64,000 nucleotides of DNA. It comes from an uncultured Verrucomicrobiae bacterium (GTDB lineage Bacteria; Verrucomicrobiota; Verrucomicrobiia; Chthoniobacterales; Chthoniobacteraceae). The position numbers and the translations under genes are program-made. This document shows positions 1 to 10,733 of this stretch, in pieces. Under the pieces are notes generated by a model. That model was not told the origin of the DNA. It saw nothing but the letters and a program-made list of their open reading frames with translations, and ran no database searches. Each line of letters opens with the position of its first letter. The first letter of the stretch is position 1. Where the stretch lies: NCBI GenBank assembly GCA_963769025.1, contig CAVYKI010000009.1:960001-1024000 (forward strand). The letters are read 5' to 3'.

Positions 1-1173
1 GTACTCCGGAAAATGGGGCATCGGCCACAGGCGCTCGCCGCATTTCCGCGATGCGGCGAGGACGGCATCGCGCAGGCGGTCGTCACTGCTCCAGAGCCCA
101 GCCGCCGCTTCGCCGAGCGCGACACCGCATGCGCCGGTGAGCGTCGCGATGTCCACGATGGCGGCCGCGCGGAGATCCTTGCGCGCATAGCCGATCGCAT
201 CCGCGAGAATCATCCGCCCCTCCGCGTCGGTGTTCACCACCTCGACGTGCCGCCCGTCGTAGCAGGTCACGATGTCGCCCGGGCGATATGCAGCAGATCC
301 CGGCATATTCTCCGCGGCGGGGATGAGGCCGACGACGTTGCGCCGCACCCCGAACTTCGCAATCGCGAGCATTGCGCCGAGTACGGCTGCACCGCCGCAC
401 TTGTCCCAGATCATCTGCTCCATGTCCGCCGCGGGCTTGATGGAAATGCCGCCGGTGTCGAACGTGACCGCCTTGCCCACCAGCGCGAGCGGGGCCTGCG
501 TTTTCGATCCGCCGCGATGCTCGAGAACGATCAGACGCGGAGGCCGCGCGCTGCCACTTCCGACCGCAGTGATTCCGCCAAATCGCCGCACGCGGAGCTG
601 CCGGTCATCGAGCACCGTACAGCGCAGCCCGTGCTTCTTCGCATGCCATCGCGCCTCTTCGGCGAGCGTTTCGGGAAAAACGACATTGCCCGGCCGGTTG
701 GCGATCCCGCGTGCGAGATTCGTGAAATCCCCCAGCGTATGCGCGAGCGCCACCGCCTTTTTCACGGTGCCGGCCTGCCGCGCTCCGACCACAAGATTCA
801 CCTGCTGCAATCCGCGGCTGCGCGTCGTCTTGAATTCCTCATTCGAGTAATCGGCAAGGACGATGCCCTCCACCGCAGCCGCGGAAAACTGCGGCCAGTC
901 CGCGAGGATCACGTTGAAGCGCGTGCGTCCGCTCCGCTTCATCGCCAATGCTGCGGCGCCGGCCGCCAGGCGGACTTCATCCGCACCGACTTTCCCGGCG
1001 TCGCCCAGGCCGACGCAAAGGACGTCCTCGCCGTGGTGGAACACTCGTGAAGCGGGCTTCAGCGACAGCTCCTGCTCCGAAATCCCCTTCGGAAGAGCTC
1101 CGCGCTGTGCGGTGGTAAAAAAACGAACCGCGGGTGTGGCCGAAGGGACCTTGGTGAGAACGGAAATTTTCAC
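1..1173 (-). CDS. pepA: Leucyl aminopeptidase (M17), 3' end runs off the window
   Basis: Manual translation (absent from the ORF track because no stop falls in the window): VGKAVTFDTGGISIKP, DKCGGAAV, NTDAEGR, DIATLTGA are M17 signatures. GTG start at 1173 is inferred. Confidence 0.92.
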   Translation of the reverse strand, partial: MKISVLTKVPSATPAVRFFTTAQRGALPKGISEQELSLKPASRVFHHGEDVLCVGLGDAGKVGADEVRLAAGAAALAMKRSGRTRFNVILADWPQFSAAAVEGIVLADYSNEEFKTTRSRGLQQVNLVVGARQAGTVKKAVALAHTLGDFTNLARGIANRPGNVVFPETLAEEARWHAKKHGLRCTVLDDRQLRVRRFGGITAVGSGSARPPRLIVLEHRGGSKTQAPLALVGKAVTFDTGGISIKPAADMEQMIWDKCGGAAVLGAMLAIAKFGVRRNVVGLIPAAENMPGSAAYRPGDIVTCYDGRHVEVVNTDAEGRMILADAIGYARKDLRAAAIVDIATLTGACGVALGEAAAGLWSSDDRLRDAVLAASRKCGERLWPMPHFPEY

Positions 1174-1313
1174 ACGCGCGTTTACACAGGGATGCCCGTG
1201 CGCGGCGAGGCGCATTTCGCACGGCACGCCGCCGCACTCGCGAAATTGCGGACACGCTTTTCCTCCCGGGGAAACTCACGCCGTGCCTTGTCAGACGCGG
1301 CAGCCGCTTCCCG

Positions 1314-2906
1314 TCAAAGCTGCACGACCTGCGCGGAACGGATGTCCGGCTCGGCGAGCATTTCCTTCAGCACGGCTTCGCCGGGGACGCTGTCGAGATT
1401 CAGGATGCCGAGCGCGTTCCCGCCGGCCTCATTGCGACCGAGGCTCATGCTGGCGATGTTCACGCCGTGCTTGCCGAACAGGTTGCCGATCAGGCCGACC
1501 ATTCCGGGCCGATCCTTGTTCTCGTAGATGAGCAGCACGCCGTCGGGCTTCGCTTCCACGTGGCGTCCGTTCATCTTCACGATGCGCGGCTGGCTGCCGA
1601 AGAAGGTGCCTGCAACGCTCACCCATCCGCCTTCGCCGGTCGCGGTCAGTTCGATCAGTTCGGTGTAATCACCACCGTTGCTCTCGCGGCTCTCGGTCAC
1701 TTTCAGGCCGAGTTGCTTTGCAAAATCCGGCGCATTCACTTCGTTCGCCTCGCCGCCGCTCGCCGCAAAGAGGAAGCTCTTCAGGATCGCCCGCGTAACC
1801 GCAGTGGTGTCGTGGTCGTTGATTTTGCCGGCGAAGTTGATGTGCAGCGTGTCGCAACGCTTCGCCGCGATCTGCCGGAGCAGCATGCCGAGACGCGCTC
1901 CGAGGGCGATGTGCGGGCCGATGATGGCGAGCGTCTTCGCGTCGAGGTTCGGCATGTTCACCGCGTTGCGGACTTCACCGCTCATCAGCATTGCGCGGAT
2001 CTGCTGTGCGACTTCGATGCCGACATTCTCCTGCGCCTCCGCGGTGCTCGCGCCGAGGTGCGGCGTGAGCACGACATTCGGCAGCGAGCGCAGCGGGAAA
2101 TCCGCGGGCGGCGGCTCCACTTCGTAAACGTCCAAGGCTGCCGCCGCGACCTGGCGGCTCTTCAGCGCATCGTAGAGCGCCTTCTCGTCCACCAGCCCTC
2201 CACGGGCGCAATTGATGATCCGCACGCCCTTCTTCGTCTTCGCGAGGCGTTCGGCGTTGAGCATGTTCTTCGTCTCGTCCGTGAGCGGCATGTGCATCGT
2301 GATGTAGTCGGCCAGCGGGACGATTTCATCGAGACGCTCGACCAATTCCACCTGCAGGGAACGCGCGCGACTCGCGGAGAGATACGGGTCGTAGGCATAA
2401 ACGCGCATCCCGAAGGCAATCGCGCGCCGCGCGATCTCCGTGCCGATGCGGCCCATTCCGAGAATGGCGAGCGTCTTGCCGTAAAGCTCGACACCCTCGA
2501 AAGACTTGCGGTCCCACTTGCCCGCCTTCACCGACGCATCCGCCTGCGCGATGTTGCGCGAAATCGCCATGAGCAGGCTGAACGCGTGCTCTGCCGTGGA
2601 GATTGTGTTTCCCGCCGGCGTGTTCATCACCACGACGCCGCGCTTCGTGGCCGCCTCCACGTCCACATTGTCCACACCGACACCGGCGCGGCCCACGACC
2701 TTCAGATTCTTCGCCGCCTCGATCACCCTTGCGTTCACCTTCGTCTGAGAGCGCACGACGAGGCCCTCGAATTCGCCGATGATTTTCAGAAGCTCCTCCT
2801 CCTTCAGGCCCGTCTTCACGGTCACGTCGAGCAGACCCCCTTCCTGCAGTTCGGCGATGCCGCGCTCGCTCACTGGATCGGCCACTAGGACTTTTGGTTT
2901 GTTCAT
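1314..2906 (-). CDS. serA: D-3-phosphoglycerate dehydrogenase with C-terminal ACT domain
   Basis: GRAGVGVDNVD, GMGRIG, INCARGG, TPHLGAST, ACT-like DRPGMVG. Start at MNKPKVLVADP. Confidence 0.96.
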   Translation of the reverse strand: MNKPKVLVADPVSERGIAELQEGGLLDVTVKTGLKEEELLKIIGEFEGLVVRSQTKVNARVIEAAKNLKVVGRAGVGVDNVDVEAATKRGVVVMNTPAGNTISTAEHAFSLLMAISRNIAQADASVKAGKWDRKSFEGVELYGKTLAILGMGRIGTEIARRAIAFGMRVYAYDPYLSASRARSLQVELVERLDEIVPLADYITMHMPLTDETKNMLNAERLAKTKKGVRIINCARGGLVDEKALYDALKSRQVAAAALDVYEVEPPPADFPLRSLPNVVLTPHLGASTAEAQENVGIEVAQQIRAMLMSGEVRNAVNMPNLDAKTLAIIGPHIALGARLGMLLRQIAAKRCDTLHINFAGKINDHDTTAVTRAILKSFLFAASGGEANEVNAPDFAKQLGLKVTESRESNGGDYTELIELTATGEGGWVSVAGTFFGSQPRIVKMNGRHVEAKPDGVLLIYENKDRPGMVGLIGNLFGKHGVNIASMSLGRNEAGGNALGILNLDSVPGEAVLKEMLAEPDIRSAQVVQL

Positions 2907-2931
2907 TTTGGAGTATTGAAAATGGGCGCGC

Positions 2932-2959
2932 AGTCTGCGCACCAAGCCGCCGCTGGCAA
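2932..2959 (-). promoter_or_regulatory. Candidate sigma70-type promoter of serA (TTGCCA-N16-CAGACT)
   Basis: Same architecture, including a following GCGCGCCC, is seen upstream of uvrA and tRNA-Pro. Confidence 0.5.
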
Positions 2960-3003
2960 ATCGAAAGTTGCCCCCACCCCGCCCGAACCGATAACGAACC
3001 TTC

Positions 3004-3831
3004 ATGCGAATCGCTCGTCTCCAACTCCCCGATGCCTCCGTCATCTTCGCCCGCCAGCACGCCGGCGGAGAATTCACGCGTCTCACCGGCGGGCCATACG
3101 GGCCGTTCGCCGACACCGGCGAGACGGTGTCCGGAAAGTTGCTCGCGCCGGTGGTGCCGAGTGCGATTCTGTGCATCGGGCTGAACTACAAAAAGCACGC
3201 CGCGGAATCGAATTCGCCGCTGCCGAAGTTCCCGGTGCTCTTCGTGAAGTCGGCAGGCGCTGTGCAGGATCCCGAGGGGACCATTTTCCTCCCGCGCCGC
3301 CTGCGCAGCGACAAGGTGGACTACGAGGCGGAACTGGCCGTCGTGATCGGTCGCGCGGCCAAGAATGTTTCGCGCGAAAACGCGCTCGACCATGTCCTCG
3401 GCTACACGTGCGCGAACGACGTGAGCGCGCGCGACTGGCAGAAAGACGGCGGCGGCGGGCAATGGTGCCGCGGGAAGTCGTTCGACACGTTCTGCCCGCT
3501 CGGGCCGGTGCTCGTGACGCCCGAATCCCTCCCCGACCCGCATGCGCTCCGCATCGCCGCCCGTGTGAACGGCGAGACGCTGCAGGACTGGACGACCGGC
3601 GACATGATTTTCGACGTTGCGACGATCATCGAGTTCCTGAGCAGCAGCAACACGCTGCAGCCCGGCACGGTGATCCTCACCGGCACGCCGCACGGCGTCG
3701 GCATGGCGCGCACCCCTCCCCGCTGGCTGCTGCCCGGCGATGTCGCCGAGATCGAGATCGAGAAAATCGGCACGTTGCGCAATCCGGTCGCCGAGGAACC
3801 GGCCGAGGAAGGGCGCTTCCGCATGGCGTAG
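3004..3831 (+). CDS. Fumarylacetoacetate hydrolase family protein
   Basis: CIGLNYKKH, VDYEAEL, NDVSARDWQ, GKSFDTFCPLGP, ILTGTPHGVG. Confidence 0.93.
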   Translation: MRIARLQLPDASVIFARQHAGGEFTRLTGGPYGPFADTGETVSGKLLAPVVPSAILCIGLNYKKHAAESNSPLPKFPVLFVKSAGAVQDPEGTIFLPRRLRSDKVDYEAELAVVIGRAAKNVSRENALDHVLGYTCANDVSARDWQKDGGGGQWCRGKSFDTFCPLGPVLVTPESLPDPHALRIAARVNGETLQDWTTGDMIFDVATIIEFLSSSNTLQPGTVILTGTPHGVGMARTPPRWLLPGDVAEIEIEKIGTLRNPVAEEPAEEGRFRMA

Positions 3832-3872
3832 CCGCCCACGGGAGTCGCATCGCATTTCTGCAGCAAACGACA

Positions 3873-3902
3873 AAGGCCGGATGCCACTCAGCATCCGGCC
3901 TT
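3873..3902. terminator. Intrinsic terminator-like hairpin between convergent genes
   Basis: Perfect 12-bp stem AAGGCCGGATGC-cactca-GCATCCGGCCTT, with a T-rich tail on the minus strand. Confidence 0.7.
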
Positions 3903-3952
3903 CGTGAATTCGTTCATTCCTCCGGCACGTGCGCCGGCGGATGCCAGCTTGC

Positions 3953-5267
3953 CTACCCGAGCAGTTCTTTGATCGCCGTGCCGTAGCGCGCGATCATCAC
4001 GGGACGTCCGCTCGGGGTGTTGTATTCCTTCTGCGGATTGATGCCGAGCGCGGTGTAGAAGGTCGCGGCGATGTCGTCCGGCGTGATCGCCTTGTCCTTC
4101 GGTCCTTCGCCCTTCTCATCGCTTTCGCCGAGCACCTGACCCATCTTGATGCCGCCGCCCGCGAGGAGCGTGAACATCGCCCGCGGATAATGGTCGCGGC
4201 CCGCGCGCGCGTTGACCTTCGGCGTGCGGCCGAATTCGCCGGTGACATAGACGACCGTGGAGTCGAGCAGGCCCTTGAGCGCGAGCGCCTGGAAGAGGCC
4301 GCTGAGGCCGGAATCGAGCTGCGGGAGCTGCTTGTTTTTCAGCGCATTGAAGTTGTCCGAGTGCGTGTCCCAGCCGCCGAGGTTGAGCGTGACAAACTTC
4401 ACGCCGCTCTCCACGAGCCGCGTCGCGAGCAGGCAGCTCTGCGAGAATGCGTCATTGCCGAAGAGCGTCGTCATGTTCGACGATTCCTTCGACAGATCGA
4501 AGGCGTCGCGCGCCTTTGTCGAACGCATCATCGCGTAGGCCTTCTGGCCAAACTCGTCCATGCCGGAGAGAATCTTGTCCTCCTTCGCGAAGTCGCCGAA
4601 TGCATTGTCGTAGCGCTTCACGAGGTTCTGTCGGCGATCCACGTCTTCCATGGTGACGCCGCGCAGCGCGAGCCCGCGGATTTCCATCGCCTTGCCGGCC
4701 TGCGGAGCTCGATCCGGTGTCGAAGGGGCCGTATTCCACGCCGAGGTAGCCGGTGGGGTTGTTCCCCTGCGAGGGCACCGCGACAAACGCGGGCAGCTCC
4801 GGCGACCCACCGATTTCCTTCGCGACGACCGATCCGAAGCTCGGGAACTTCAGCGAGGGCAGCGGACGGTTGCCGGTGCCCATGTAGAGCGAGCCGAGTT
4901 CGTGCGCCGCGAGCGTGTGCGAGACACCGCGCAGGATCGCGAATTTGTCCGCGCACGTCGCGAGCTTCGGCAGGTGCTCGGAAATTTGCATGCCGGCGAC
5001 ATTCGTCGCGATGGGCTTGAATTCGCCGCGGTGCGTGTCGGGCGCGTCGGGCTTCAAGTCGAACGTGTCCATGTGGCTCGGTCCGCCGCCGAGGCGGACG
5101 AAGATCGCGGCCTTCGCCTTGCCTTTCAGCGGCGAGGCAGCCGTGGCGGCACCCGCGTTTGCGGCGAGGAAATGTTGGAGGCTGAATCCCATGCCGAAGC
5201 CTGTGATGGCGCCGACGCGGATGAAGTCACGGCGCGTGACGCCGTCGCAGCAGATGTATTTGCTCAT
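3953..5267 (-). CDS. DUF1501 family protein, Tat signal (one probable sequencing frameshift near 4712)
   Basis: TRRDFIR leader, GGGPSHMDTFDLKP, RLVESGVKFV, GGWDTH, GEFGRTPKVN, GRDHYP. Split over ORFs 4452..5267 and 3953..4810. Confidence 0.88.
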
Positions 5268-5328
5268 GGTGGTGGTGGTTTGTGTTCGGGGTTGGGAGTT
5301 GGGGTTGAAAATCGGGCGTCGCTTTCCG

Positions 5329-8192
5329 TCAGTGGTTCACCATGAACTCGCGCGTGTTCAGCATCGCCCAGAGCAGATCGCGGACGCCTTCGAGCGGAGC
5401 CTTCGCGGCGGCCACATCGGCCTTTGCCTGCGTGAGCTCGGCAGCGCTCGGCGGACGGCTGAGCGTGCGCAGGAATATCTCGGTGATCGCATCCTCCATG
5501 TTGAACGGCTTCACCGGCTTTTCCGCCTCGGCGATCTGCTTCTGCAGTTCCGCCTTGCGCACGTTCATCTCCGCAACCCGCGCCTCGTACTGCCGCAGTT
5601 TTTCCTCGTAGCGGCTCGTCGCCTCCGCATCGCCCTCCTCCGGCTTCTCAGGCGCCTTCAGAAACTTGGCGGCCTTCCCCTCGCCCGGCGAAAGCTGGGC
5701 CAGTTTCTTCCGGAGCGCTTCGGGACTGCGCTCGCCATCCGGCGCGAGTTGGCTCCGCATTTCGTCCAGCCAACTCGCCCCTTTGTTTCCATCCAGACGC
5801 TGAAGCATCGATGGGATCGTTCCGCGTGAAGATGGTCTGGAGCAGGGTGGGATCGGTCGTGCGCTCGCAGTCGCAGTTGGTCTCGCGCGCGGGCTTGCCG
5901 AAAATGTTCAGCGCATAGCTGTCGCCGCCGCCCTTGCCGTTGCCGGACGTCGCATTCGGCCCGATGGACCGCTCGGTGATCTCGGTCGGAAATTTCGCCG
6001 CACGCTCCGTCGAGGCCGTGGCCATCGCGATGGCGTCGAAAACGACTTCGGCCGGCAGGCGGCGGATGACGGCGTGGCTGAAATTTTTCTCGTCCAGCTT
6101 GTTGGTCGGATTCGTCTTCCAGCTCCGCTGATACGTGTCGCTGTTCAGGATCTCCTTGTGCAGCCACTTCATGTCGAAATTGCGCGCCACAAAACCATCC
6201 GCGAGGTAGTCGAAAAGCGCGGCATTGCTCGGGGCATTCGCGAGGTTCAGGTCGTCCGCCGGCTCCACGATGCCGCGGCTGAAATACGAGGCCCACACGC
6301 GGTTCACGAATGCCTTCGCAAAATACGGGTTCTCCTTGCCGCGCAGCCATTCCATCAGCGGCGCGCGCGGATCGTTGTATTGCGTCCATCGCCACTTCAC
6401 CGCCGCCGAGAATCTTCGGGGTGATGACCCGCGAGCTGCCCTTCACCTCCTTCTTGTCCTGCTTCATCGGCTGGCCCACGCGCTTGATGTCCACAACGAG
6501 TTCATCCCACGGAATCGGCTCACCCGCGGCGATGCGCCGGCTCACCTCCGTCTGTTCGTACTTCTGCTTCTCATTCTTTTTCGGGTCCACCGGCTTCCCC
6601 GCCATGGACGCCTCCACCTTCTCCTTGATCTCCTGGCGAAGGCTCGCCGGCGTCATTTCGGCCGTAGCTCCGGCGGCTTCCTCGCCCTTCGCCATCTTCC
6701 CCTTCCCGCCATTTCCGCCACCGTAGGCGACTCCGGAAAAGAACGCCTGGAAGTGCTCAAAGTCCTGCTTCGTCCATTGATCGAACGGATGCTTGTGACA
6801 CTGCGCGCACTCGATCCGCACGCCGAGGAATGTGTGCGCAAACGCCAGCGCCTTCTCCTCGGGCTTCTGCACGTTCTGCCGCATCCAATACCACGGGAGA
6901 TTCGAGCGGTGCGCGAAATCCGCCGGCTGGTCCTTGCGGAAATAGCTGCCCATCTCGTTCACGAAGTCCGCGTACTTCTGATCCGGCGCAGTGCGGCTGA
7001 CAGCCAGCACGATCCCCGCGGCAAGTTGGTCGTACGGCGTGTTGTCCGCGATGCGCTTATAGATCCAGGAGTACCATTGCTTCGACATCTCGCCGTTCAG
7101 GTTTCTCCCATTTCCGTTCATGCGGATCAGCCGCGGATTGTTGCCGGTGAAATCGCACAGCTTCGTCGTCCACCACGCCGCATACGACGGGCGCGCGAGC
7201 AGTTCGTCCACTTTCCGTGCGCGCTTGTCCGGCGCGGTGTCCTTCGCAAATGCCTCGATCTCCTTCGGCGTCGGCAGCGTCCCCGTCACATCGAGCGAAG
7301 CGCGCCGCAGGAACTCCAAATCGGTGCAAATCTCGCTCGGCAGGATGCCAGTCTTGCGAAGTTTCGCGATCACGAGTTCGTCCACCTTCGTCCGCGTCTT
7401 CACCGCCGGGAATTTCGCCCCGACGCGATCCGAGACCGGGAGCACCGCGGGCACCGGTTCCACGCCGTTGTCATAAAACGCGACGATGTGTGTGTCGCCC
7501 GGCGTCTTCGCCGTCACCAGACCCGTGTCACTCACGAGCGCCACGGATTCATCGTTCGTCCGGAACCGCGTGAGCTGCGTGACGTCCTCCACTGTCCCGT
7601 CCTTCCAATGCGCGACCACCTTCAACTGGATCGCCTCGCCGGATTTCTTGAACACCAGTTCCTTCGGCGAAACATCCAGCCGCGCAAATTCTCCCGTCTC
7701 CGCCACGTCGCTCTTCGCGCCCGACTGGATCCATTTCAGGATCAGGTTGTATTCCCACGATCCTTTGTCGAAACGCTTCTTGCCCTTGTGCTCCTCGCCG
7801 TCGAGCGACGGCTTCGCGAGGACGAGGCTCTTCACCGGATCATTCAGATCCACGCGAATCTCCTCAGCGCCGCCCTTGCCCTTGGTAATCGCCTCGTGGT
7901 CCTTTTCAAAATCGTAGCCAAAGAGCGAAAGCTGAAATCCACCGCGGCCCTGGAACGAACCGTGGCACTCGCGCCCGCTGCAACCCGCGCGCGACATCAG
8001 CGGAATCACATGCCGGCGGAAGCTCGCCTCGTCCGCCTTCGCCGCAGTCTGCCAGCGCTCCTTCGCAGTTTTCGTGACCGTCGCGGATGCCGATGCTTTC
8101 ACCGGACCCGGGGATGCCGGTGCAGCTTCCCGGATGGCATTCGCGAGGACAGCCGCGGGCAGAAGTGCGGCAAGGATGAGGAAGGGTTTCAT
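5329..8192 (-). CDS. DUF1549/DUF1553 (PSD1) protein with Ig-like domain (frameshifts near 6386 and 5810)
   Basis: Signal peptide, CSGRECH, GFQLSLFGYD, FLRRASLDVTGTLP, FLGVRIECAQCH, NPYFAKAFVNRVW..GIVEP, RRLPAEV, DLLWAMLNTREF. Confidence 0.88.
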
Positions 8193-8375
8193 GGGTATTG
8201 GGAGGTGGACGAACCTTCTTTCGCCGACTGGCGAAACGCAGCCCAGAGGGAGGGTTGCAAATGGTTCATTGTGTAAAGGACCGACGCTGCGGGGTTTTCT
8301 TAACAGGAATTTTATGTTCCGGCAGATGTATTTCCATCCGGCAGAAGCGCATCTTCGAGCCTACTCCCCGCACCC

Positions 8376-9689
8376 CTACCCTTTCCACCACCCATCGAGC
8401 TTCGCGCGCATCTTCTCCACGCGCTCCGTCTCCGCATCGGCGAGATTCTTTTCCTCGGTGGGATCGGATTTCAAATTGAAGAGTTCCACCACCGCCGCAG
8501 GCTCGTTCTGCGACGCCGGGACGATCAGCTTCCAGTCGCCTTGGATCACCCAGCGCCACCGCAGGCTCGCCGAGGGATTCGCGAGATCCTTTGAATTGTG
8601 GGTGAAGCATTCGCCGAACACCGCCCCGCGCGCGTTCACCGCCGCCGCATCCGTCAGGCTCACACCGGGCAGACCGTCGGGCCGATGGATGCCGGCCGCG
8701 TCGAGCACGGTGGGGAGAATGTCGAGCGAACTCACCACCGAATCGCTCATCGCTGGACGGATCTTCGCCGGCCAGCGCACCATGATCGGCGTGCGCAAGC
8801 CGCCGTCGTATTGCGACTGCTTGGATTTCGGCGCGTACTTCGGCGCGTTCGGATCCTGAATCCACCCGTTGTCGGTCACGTAAATCACAATGGTATTCTC
8901 CGCGACCTTCTCGCGATCGAGGAAGCCGAGCAGTTCGCCGCACGTCTCGTCGAACCACTCGACCATCGCCCAGTACTTCGCCACATGCTCGCTCGGCGTC
9001 TTGCCCTTGTACTTTTCCAGAAGCCTCGCCGGCGGCGTGTGCGGATCGTGCGGCAGCAGCGGCGCGTACCAGACGAAGAACGGCTTCGACTGCTGCTTCG
9101 CCTCGCCGATGAAATCGTAAATCGGCTGCATCGTCTTGCGGCCAATATCGAGCCCCTGATCGCCGTGGCGCCCGCCCTTCGTCATGCCGTGAGTGAAGCC
9201 GCCATGCGAATACGAACCCTGCCACCATTTCCCCGTCTGGAGGCTCAGGTACCCCTTCGTGCCCAGCAGCCGCGGCAGCGTGGGCATTTCATCCATGTAC
9301 TTGTTCATGATGTCGCGCCCGGCCTGGAACTGCGGCGACCTGTTGAACTCGCGCGGCGTCATCCCGGCGGGAATCGGCGGATCATTGCTCGTCACCCTGT
9401 GCTGATGCGGATAGCGCCCGGTGATGATGCTCGCGAGGCTCGGGCAGCACAGGGACGCGGGAACGTACCCGCGGCGGAATGTCAGCGACTCCGCAGCCAG
9501 CTTGTCGAGATTCGGCGTCTTGATCACCGGATGCCCCATGAACCCGTAGTCACCCCAAGCCTGATCGTCGGACAGGATCAAAACGACATTTGGCTGGGAG
9601 GCGGCACGCGCGGGCACACTGCCGAGGACGCAGACGGCAGAAACCGCGAAGGCGAGAAGTCGGAGAAAACACATGGGTCGGGCATTCAT
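8376..9689 (-). CDS. Sulfatase (S1 family), exported
   Basis: PNVVLILSDD, TPNLDKLA, signature region SLCCPSLASIITG, TGKWW, PH, TDNG, GLRTP. Confidence 0.9.
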   Translation of the reverse strand: MNARPMCFLRLLAFAVSAVCVLGSVPARAASQPNVVLILSDDQAWGDYGFMGHPVIKTPNLDKLAAESLTFRRGYVPASLCCPSLASIITGRYPHQHRVTSNDPPIPAGMTPREFNRSPQFQAGRDIMNKYMDEMPTLPRLLGTKGYLSLQTGKWWQGSYSHGGFTHGMTKGGRHGDQGLDIGRKTMQPIYDFIGEAKQQSKPFFVWYAPLLPHDPHTPPARLLEKYKGKTPSEHVAKYWAMVEWFDETCGELLGFLDREKVAENTIVIYVTDNGWIQDPNAPKYAPKSKQSQYDGGLRTPIMVRWPAKIRPAMSDSVVSSLDILPTVLDAAGIHRPDGLPGVSLTDAAAVNARGAVFGECFTHNSKDLANPSASLRWRWVIQGDWKLIVPASQNEPAAVVELFNLKSDPTEEKNLADAETERVEKMRAKLDGWWKG

Positions 9690-10636
9690 TTTGAGGTTGG
9701 GAAGAAGGAATCCACCGTCGCGTCACCTGCCAGCCAGCCGAGCGATGCGAGAAATTTGTCCGCCTGCTTGAGCGTCTCGCGGAACATCGCGTTGTCGCCG
9801 CGGCCGAAATTGAAAAAGCCGTGCTGCTGTCCCTCGAAGCCCATGACTTCACATCGGTTCCCGGCCTTTTTCATCGCCTCCGCGAACGCCTCCACTGTCG
9901 CGAACGGCACCGTCGTATCCGCCTTTCCGTGGAAGATGATCGTGGGCGGCGTTCCGGCCTTCACGTTGTGCGCCGGTGAAATCGCGACCGGCTCCGCGCC
10001 GAGCTTCTCCGCGGGAAGCCGCGAGCCGAATCCTCCGAAGTCATTCCCTTCCACCGGCGCGAGCGCGAGCGCGGGATTGAAAAGGACCATCGCATCCGGC
10101 ACCGAACTGACGGCTTTGTCCTCGCCCGGCTCTTCAAGGCCCGGCACCGCACCGGTGCAACCCGCGATGTGACCGCCCGCCGAACCGCCGCCGGCAGCAA
10201 TGCGCTTCGGATCCACGCCGAGCTCCTTCGCATGCGCCCGAACGTAGCGGACCGCCGACTTCGCGTCTGCCACACACTGCGCCGCCTTTGCCTGATGCCG
10301 CGATGCCACGCGGTAGTCCGCCGTGATTGCCACCATCCCGCGCGAGGCAAAATAGCGGCACTGCTGCTCAAACTGCCCAGGCGACCCGCTCGTCCATCCG
10401 CCACCGAAAAAAAGCACAATGGCAGGCCGGCTGTCCGAAGCCTTGTGCCCCTCGGGATTGAAAATGTTCAGCGCGAGCTTCGTCTCGCCGACCGTCTTGT
10501 AAGTCACCACCTGCGCGCCCGAAAATTCGGGCGGATATCCGAACCCGGATTTTTTGACGCGGGTCGCCGGGGCAACCTTTTCAGCAGCGCCGGCCATGCC
10601 GACGATCGTGAGGAGGAGAAACGCGAATGATTTCAT
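9686..10636 (-). CDS. Alpha/beta hydrolase (esterase/lipase, BD-FAE-like), exported
   Basis: FFGGGW oxyanion motif, DYR, GGSAGGH nucleophile elbow, HGKAD, HGFFN. Confidence 0.88.
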   Translation of the reverse strand: MKSFAFLLLTIVGMAGAAEKVAPATRVKKSGFGYPPEFSGAQVVTYKTVGETKLALNIFNPEGHKASDSRPAIVLFFGGGWTSGSPGQFEQQCRYFASRGMVAITADYRVASRHQAKAAQCVADAKSAVRYVRAHAKELGVDPKRIAAGGGSAGGHIAGCTGAVPGLEEPGEDKAVSSVPDAMVLFNPALALAPVEGNDFGGFGSRLPAEKLGAEPVAISPAHNVKAGTPPTIIFHGKADTTVPFATVEAFAEAMKKAGNRCEVMGFEGQQHGFFNFGRGDNAMFRETLKQADKFLASLGWLAGDATVDSFFPTSK

Positions 10637-10733
10637 AGAAGGGGAAACTGGAACGCGGCTGCACCGCATTCGTCGGCTGCATTCTTGCGCAAGTCACACG
10701 CAGGCCGTCGAGCATCCTCTCGAAACCGGCCCG

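Noticed and set aside
13..1050. Long plus-strand ORF, and similar antisense ORFs such as 12211..15225, 52201..54867 and 6225..8276
   Set aside because: Shadow ORFs opposite well-supported genes, expected in high-GC DNA, with no recognisable motifs.
8234..8262. ECF-like promoter TGCAACC-N14-CGTT upstream of the PSD1/DUF1501 operon (minus strand)
   Set aside because: Spacing is short and no convincing copy precedes the other modules, so it is too weak to call.
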